Assembly (NCBI GenBank): GCA_963664705.1 | Contig: OY761556.1 | Location: 3,520,001-3,584,000 of the forward strand | Length of the DNA: 64,000 nucleotides | DNA from: Acidobacteriota bacterium | GTDB lineage: Bacteria > Acidobacteriota > UBA6911 | Direction: 5' to 3' | Shown here: piece by piece, positions 61,509-64,000 of the stretch | How positions within the stretch are numbered: the stretch's first letter is position 1 | How the letters are laid out: each line of letters opens with the position of its first letter | The notes under the pieces: generated by a model | The model's database searches: none | Told to the model about the DNA's origin: nothing | The model's input: only the letters and a program-made list of their open reading frames with translations | Translations under genes and position numbers: made by a program

Positions 61509-62483
61509 TCACCTGCACGCCCGTTCAAATATGGCCCGAGGGTTGTCAATAAGCATGGTTCGAATCTGGCTGTCGGTTACCCCCAGATTCCTTAACGCCG
61601 GAATCACATCCTTCGGAATATGCCCAAAGTGCCAGTTAGGAAGTGCCGTCCTCATAGGTGCTTCTTCGAGCCAGTCAATAAAGCATGCCGCATCGTGAGA
61701 AAGAACCATTTTTCCTGCCAGCCCTTTCCGACACAGCCGGGCGACCGTATCCACGCGCTTTTCAAAAGAGAGGATCGAATCGATTCCAAAACGATCCATC
61801 CCCAGATAGGATCCTTTCTGTATCAACGCCTCGAGATAATCGCAATCCGTAGTATCTCCACAGTGCCCGATAACAACCCGCTCCAAATCTACGCCTTCTT
61901 CTTCGAATATCCGCTGTTGTTCAATTCCGCACCGGGTCCCCGCATGCGCGTGAGTGGTAATTGGAACACCGGTTTCACAGTGCGCACGGGCCACAGCGCG
62001 CAGAGACTTTTCCACTCCCCAGGTAACCCCCGGCCGATCCGTGGCACATTTCAGGACCGCAGCCTTCACTCCGGTTCCGGCAATTCCATCGCGAATATCA
62101 TGAATGAACAGCTTCATCATAAATTCGCAGGCATCATACCGTCCGCCGGGAATGCGTGACTCCAAGTACAGGGGAAGCGCATCAAAGGTATACAGCCCGG
62201 TCGCAACCAGTATATTGATATCAACCTGAGCGGCAATTTTCTGAATCCTTGGGATGAAACGCCCCGCGCCAAGAACGGTCAAGTCCAGGATTGTATCAAT
62301 TCCTTCAGCCTTTAAGCTGCGCAGCTGATCCACTGCGTGCCGGATGCGGACCGCCTCATCCCCCCAGCTCTCCGGATAGTTCTGGGTCACTTCCGGAGAC
62401 AGAACAAAGATATGCTCATGCATCAGGGTTGCCCCGAGCATGCCTGGATCAATCGGCCCTCTTACCGCATTTACAGTTGCCAT
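61509..62483 (-). CDS. Phosphotriesterase-family amidohydrolase
   Basis: TLMHEHIF, LKCATD, ITTHAH, IGHCGD, LSHD, DNPR. Confidence 0.9.
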   Translation of the reverse strand: MATVNAVRGPIDPGMLGATLMHEHIFVLSPEVTQNYPESWGDEAVRIRHAVDQLRSLKAEGIDTILDLTVLGAGRFIPRIQKIAAQVDINILVATGLYTFDALPLYLESRIPGGRYDACEFMMKLFIHDIRDGIAGTGVKAAVLKCATDRPGVTWGVEKSLRAVARAHCETGVPITTHAHAGTRCGIEQQRIFEEEGVDLERVVIGHCGDTTDCDYLEALIQKGSYLGMDRFGIDSILSFEKRVDTVARLCRKGLAGKMVLSHDAACFIDWLEEAPMRTALPNWHFGHIPKDVIPALRNLGVTDSQIRTMLIDNPRAIFERACR

Positions 62484-62542
62484 GGCTGAATAGTGCGCAG
62501 AATTATCTCGTGTACCCGCTTCGGCCCTGCTCCAAGCTATCC

Positions 62543-63751
62543 CTACGGATTGCCCGTCTGAACGTGGCTTCCAACAGTAAGTCGAAGCTGCCCCTCGGTT
62601 ACGACTGTCTCTCCCGGTTCAAGGCCCTGGTCAATTACAATATTCTGATCGACATGCATCCCGGCGACCACTGGACGCGATTCCACCGTCCGGTCCGGCT
62701 TTACAACGAAAACAAAGGAACCATTTTGGCCAGTCTGTACAGCCTGAGCCGGCAGAAGAAGCGCATTGGGCTTTGTGTCGAGCCGCAGCGTTACCTGCAC
62801 AAATTGGCCCGGCCACAGCGTATGCTTCGAGTTCTGGAACACAGCTTTTACGCGGATTGTCCCAGTGGCAGCGTCCACGGCATTGTCCGTGAAAACCAGT
62901 GCCCCCTTTTCCTCAAGACCTGATTTATCCCCGGTCGAAGCGGTTACAAGCTGTCCCGGTCTGATAGCGCGAAGCTGGGATTCCGGCACTGAAAAAGACA
63001 CATAGATCGGTTCGATTTGATTGATGGTCGTAAGGGTAGAGCTGGAATTGACGATGTTGCCGGATTGAATCTCAATACTTCCGGTCCGGCCGCTGATGGG
63101 AGATTGAATTCGCGTATATCCCAGCATTACCCGTGCATTTGCCACGGCCGCCCTGGTCGCATCCATGCCGGCACGGGCACTTTGGATTGACGCCTGGTCC
63201 GCGCGTACGGCAGCGGAAATAGCATCCAGATTGGAATTCATCTGGTCCGACTGTTCCTTCGATACCAATTGTTTTGCATAAAGATTCGCATACCGTGTAG
63301 CCTGCGCCTGCGCATATTTTTGCTGGGCGGTATCCCTGGCCAGGTTGGCTTCTGCCTGGGCCATCGCGGCTTCATCCTTGGCCAGATTGGCTTGAATCTG
63401 GTTCAATTGAGCTTCATAGGTGCGGGCATCAATATTGAACAGTTCCTCTCCCTTTTTCACAGACTGTCCCTCGCGAAACAGTACTTTAATCAATTCCCCA
63501 TTAACCTGCGATTTCACCGCCACGGTGGAATACGCCTCAATATTGCCTACCGCATGCACCTCCACGGGCACATCCACTTTGACTACCCTGGCAACCGAAA
63601 CGGGAATTGCTCCCATGCCCTTCTTGGAGGAACGTTCCGGGGTTGCTGCGGTTTTTGTACAACCCTGCCAGAGAAATGAAAGCAGGGAGACACAAAACAC
63701 CAATAACCCCATGCGTCGGGCAAATCCACGCCTCCCCGCAATATTCGACAT
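62543..63751 (-). CDS. RND efflux periplasmic adaptor (MdtA-like)
   Basis: VKSQVNGEL...EGQSVKKG, YTRIQSPISGRTG, DNAVDAATGTI, LWPGQFV; lipoprotein-like N-terminus. Confidence 0.92.
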   Translation of the reverse strand: MSNIAGRRGFARRMGLLVFCVSLLSFLWQGCTKTAATPERSSKKGMGAIPVSVARVVKVDVPVEVHAVGNIEAYSTVAVKSQVNGELIKVLFREGQSVKKGEELFNIDARTYEAQLNQIQANLAKDEAAMAQAEANLARDTAQQKYAQAQATRYANLYAKQLVSKEQSDQMNSNLDAISAAVRADQASIQSARAGMDATRAAVANARVMLGYTRIQSPISGRTGSIEIQSGNIVNSSSTLTTINQIEPIYVSFSVPESQLRAIRPGQLVTASTGDKSGLEEKGALVFTDNAVDAATGTIRVKAVFQNSKHTLWPGQFVQVTLRLDTKPNALLLPAQAVQTGQNGSFVFVVKPDRTVESRPVVAGMHVDQNIVIDQGLEPGETVVTEGQLRLTVGSHVQTGNP

Positions 63752-63779
63752 AACCAATCCTCCGTAACAATAGGCCGCG

Positions 63780-64000
63780 TTACCGTGCCTCCGTCCCTAC
63801 GAGTTCGGGAACAACATTTGTTTTGCCGCCACCCTTTCCTTTGCGAAAGAGGTGTCCCGCGCGCTCCAGGTAAACGTAAACGACAGGCGTAATAAACAAA
63901 GTCAAAAGCTGTGAAACCAGCAGGCCTCCCTCTACGGCGAGGCCGAGGGGACGTCGCGCTTCCGACCCGGCCCCAACGCCAAGGGCGATCGGCAGAGTTC
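63780..64000 (-). CDS. RND efflux permease C-terminus (MdtB/C-like), truncated by the window end
   Basis: Not in the ORF track; reads [46 protein letters not shown]...stop at 63780. Confidence 0.88.
   Translation of the reverse strand, partial: TLPIALGVGAGSEARRPLGLAVEGGLLVSQLLTLFITPVVYVYLERAGHLFRKGKGGGKTNVVPELVGTEAR

Noticed and set aside
63780-64000. GC-rich stretch as a riboswitch upstream of the efflux adaptor
   Set aside because: It translates cleanly as the C-terminus of an RND permease.

Overview
About 64 kb of moderately GC-rich chromosome, probably from an anaerobic Acidobacteriota-like bacterium. That placement is inferred from an Oar-type TonB receptor, HydG, an Fe-S oxidoreductase and a corrinoid-type methyltransferase. 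Housekeeping genes include hydG, dcp, comM, hflX, glnS, nth and ilvD. There is also an ECF sigma/anti-sigma/double-ABC locus, a GH3 glucosidase and an RND efflux pair. Two things stand out. (1) Four paralogous ~560-580 aa exported proteins are each split by the ORF track at an in-frame TGA at the same alignment position. The TGA creates a U-x-x-C motif and is followed by a SECIS-like hairpin, pointing to a hidden, expanded family of secreted selenoproteins (UGSC/GrdB-like domain fused to an uncharacterised ~400 aa domain). (2) A 7.6 kb island with no integrase carries an Rhs toxin/immunity module and is bounded by 483-bp direct repeats of the comM 3' end, with a conserved non-coding motif after each repeat. 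Also noted: a probable non-canonical ATC start for hflX, a circularly permuted discoidin domain in an ABC permease, an orphan Rhs-core relic, and remnants of an IS110 element and a class C group II intron. All calls come from reading the sequence by eye; no searches were run.
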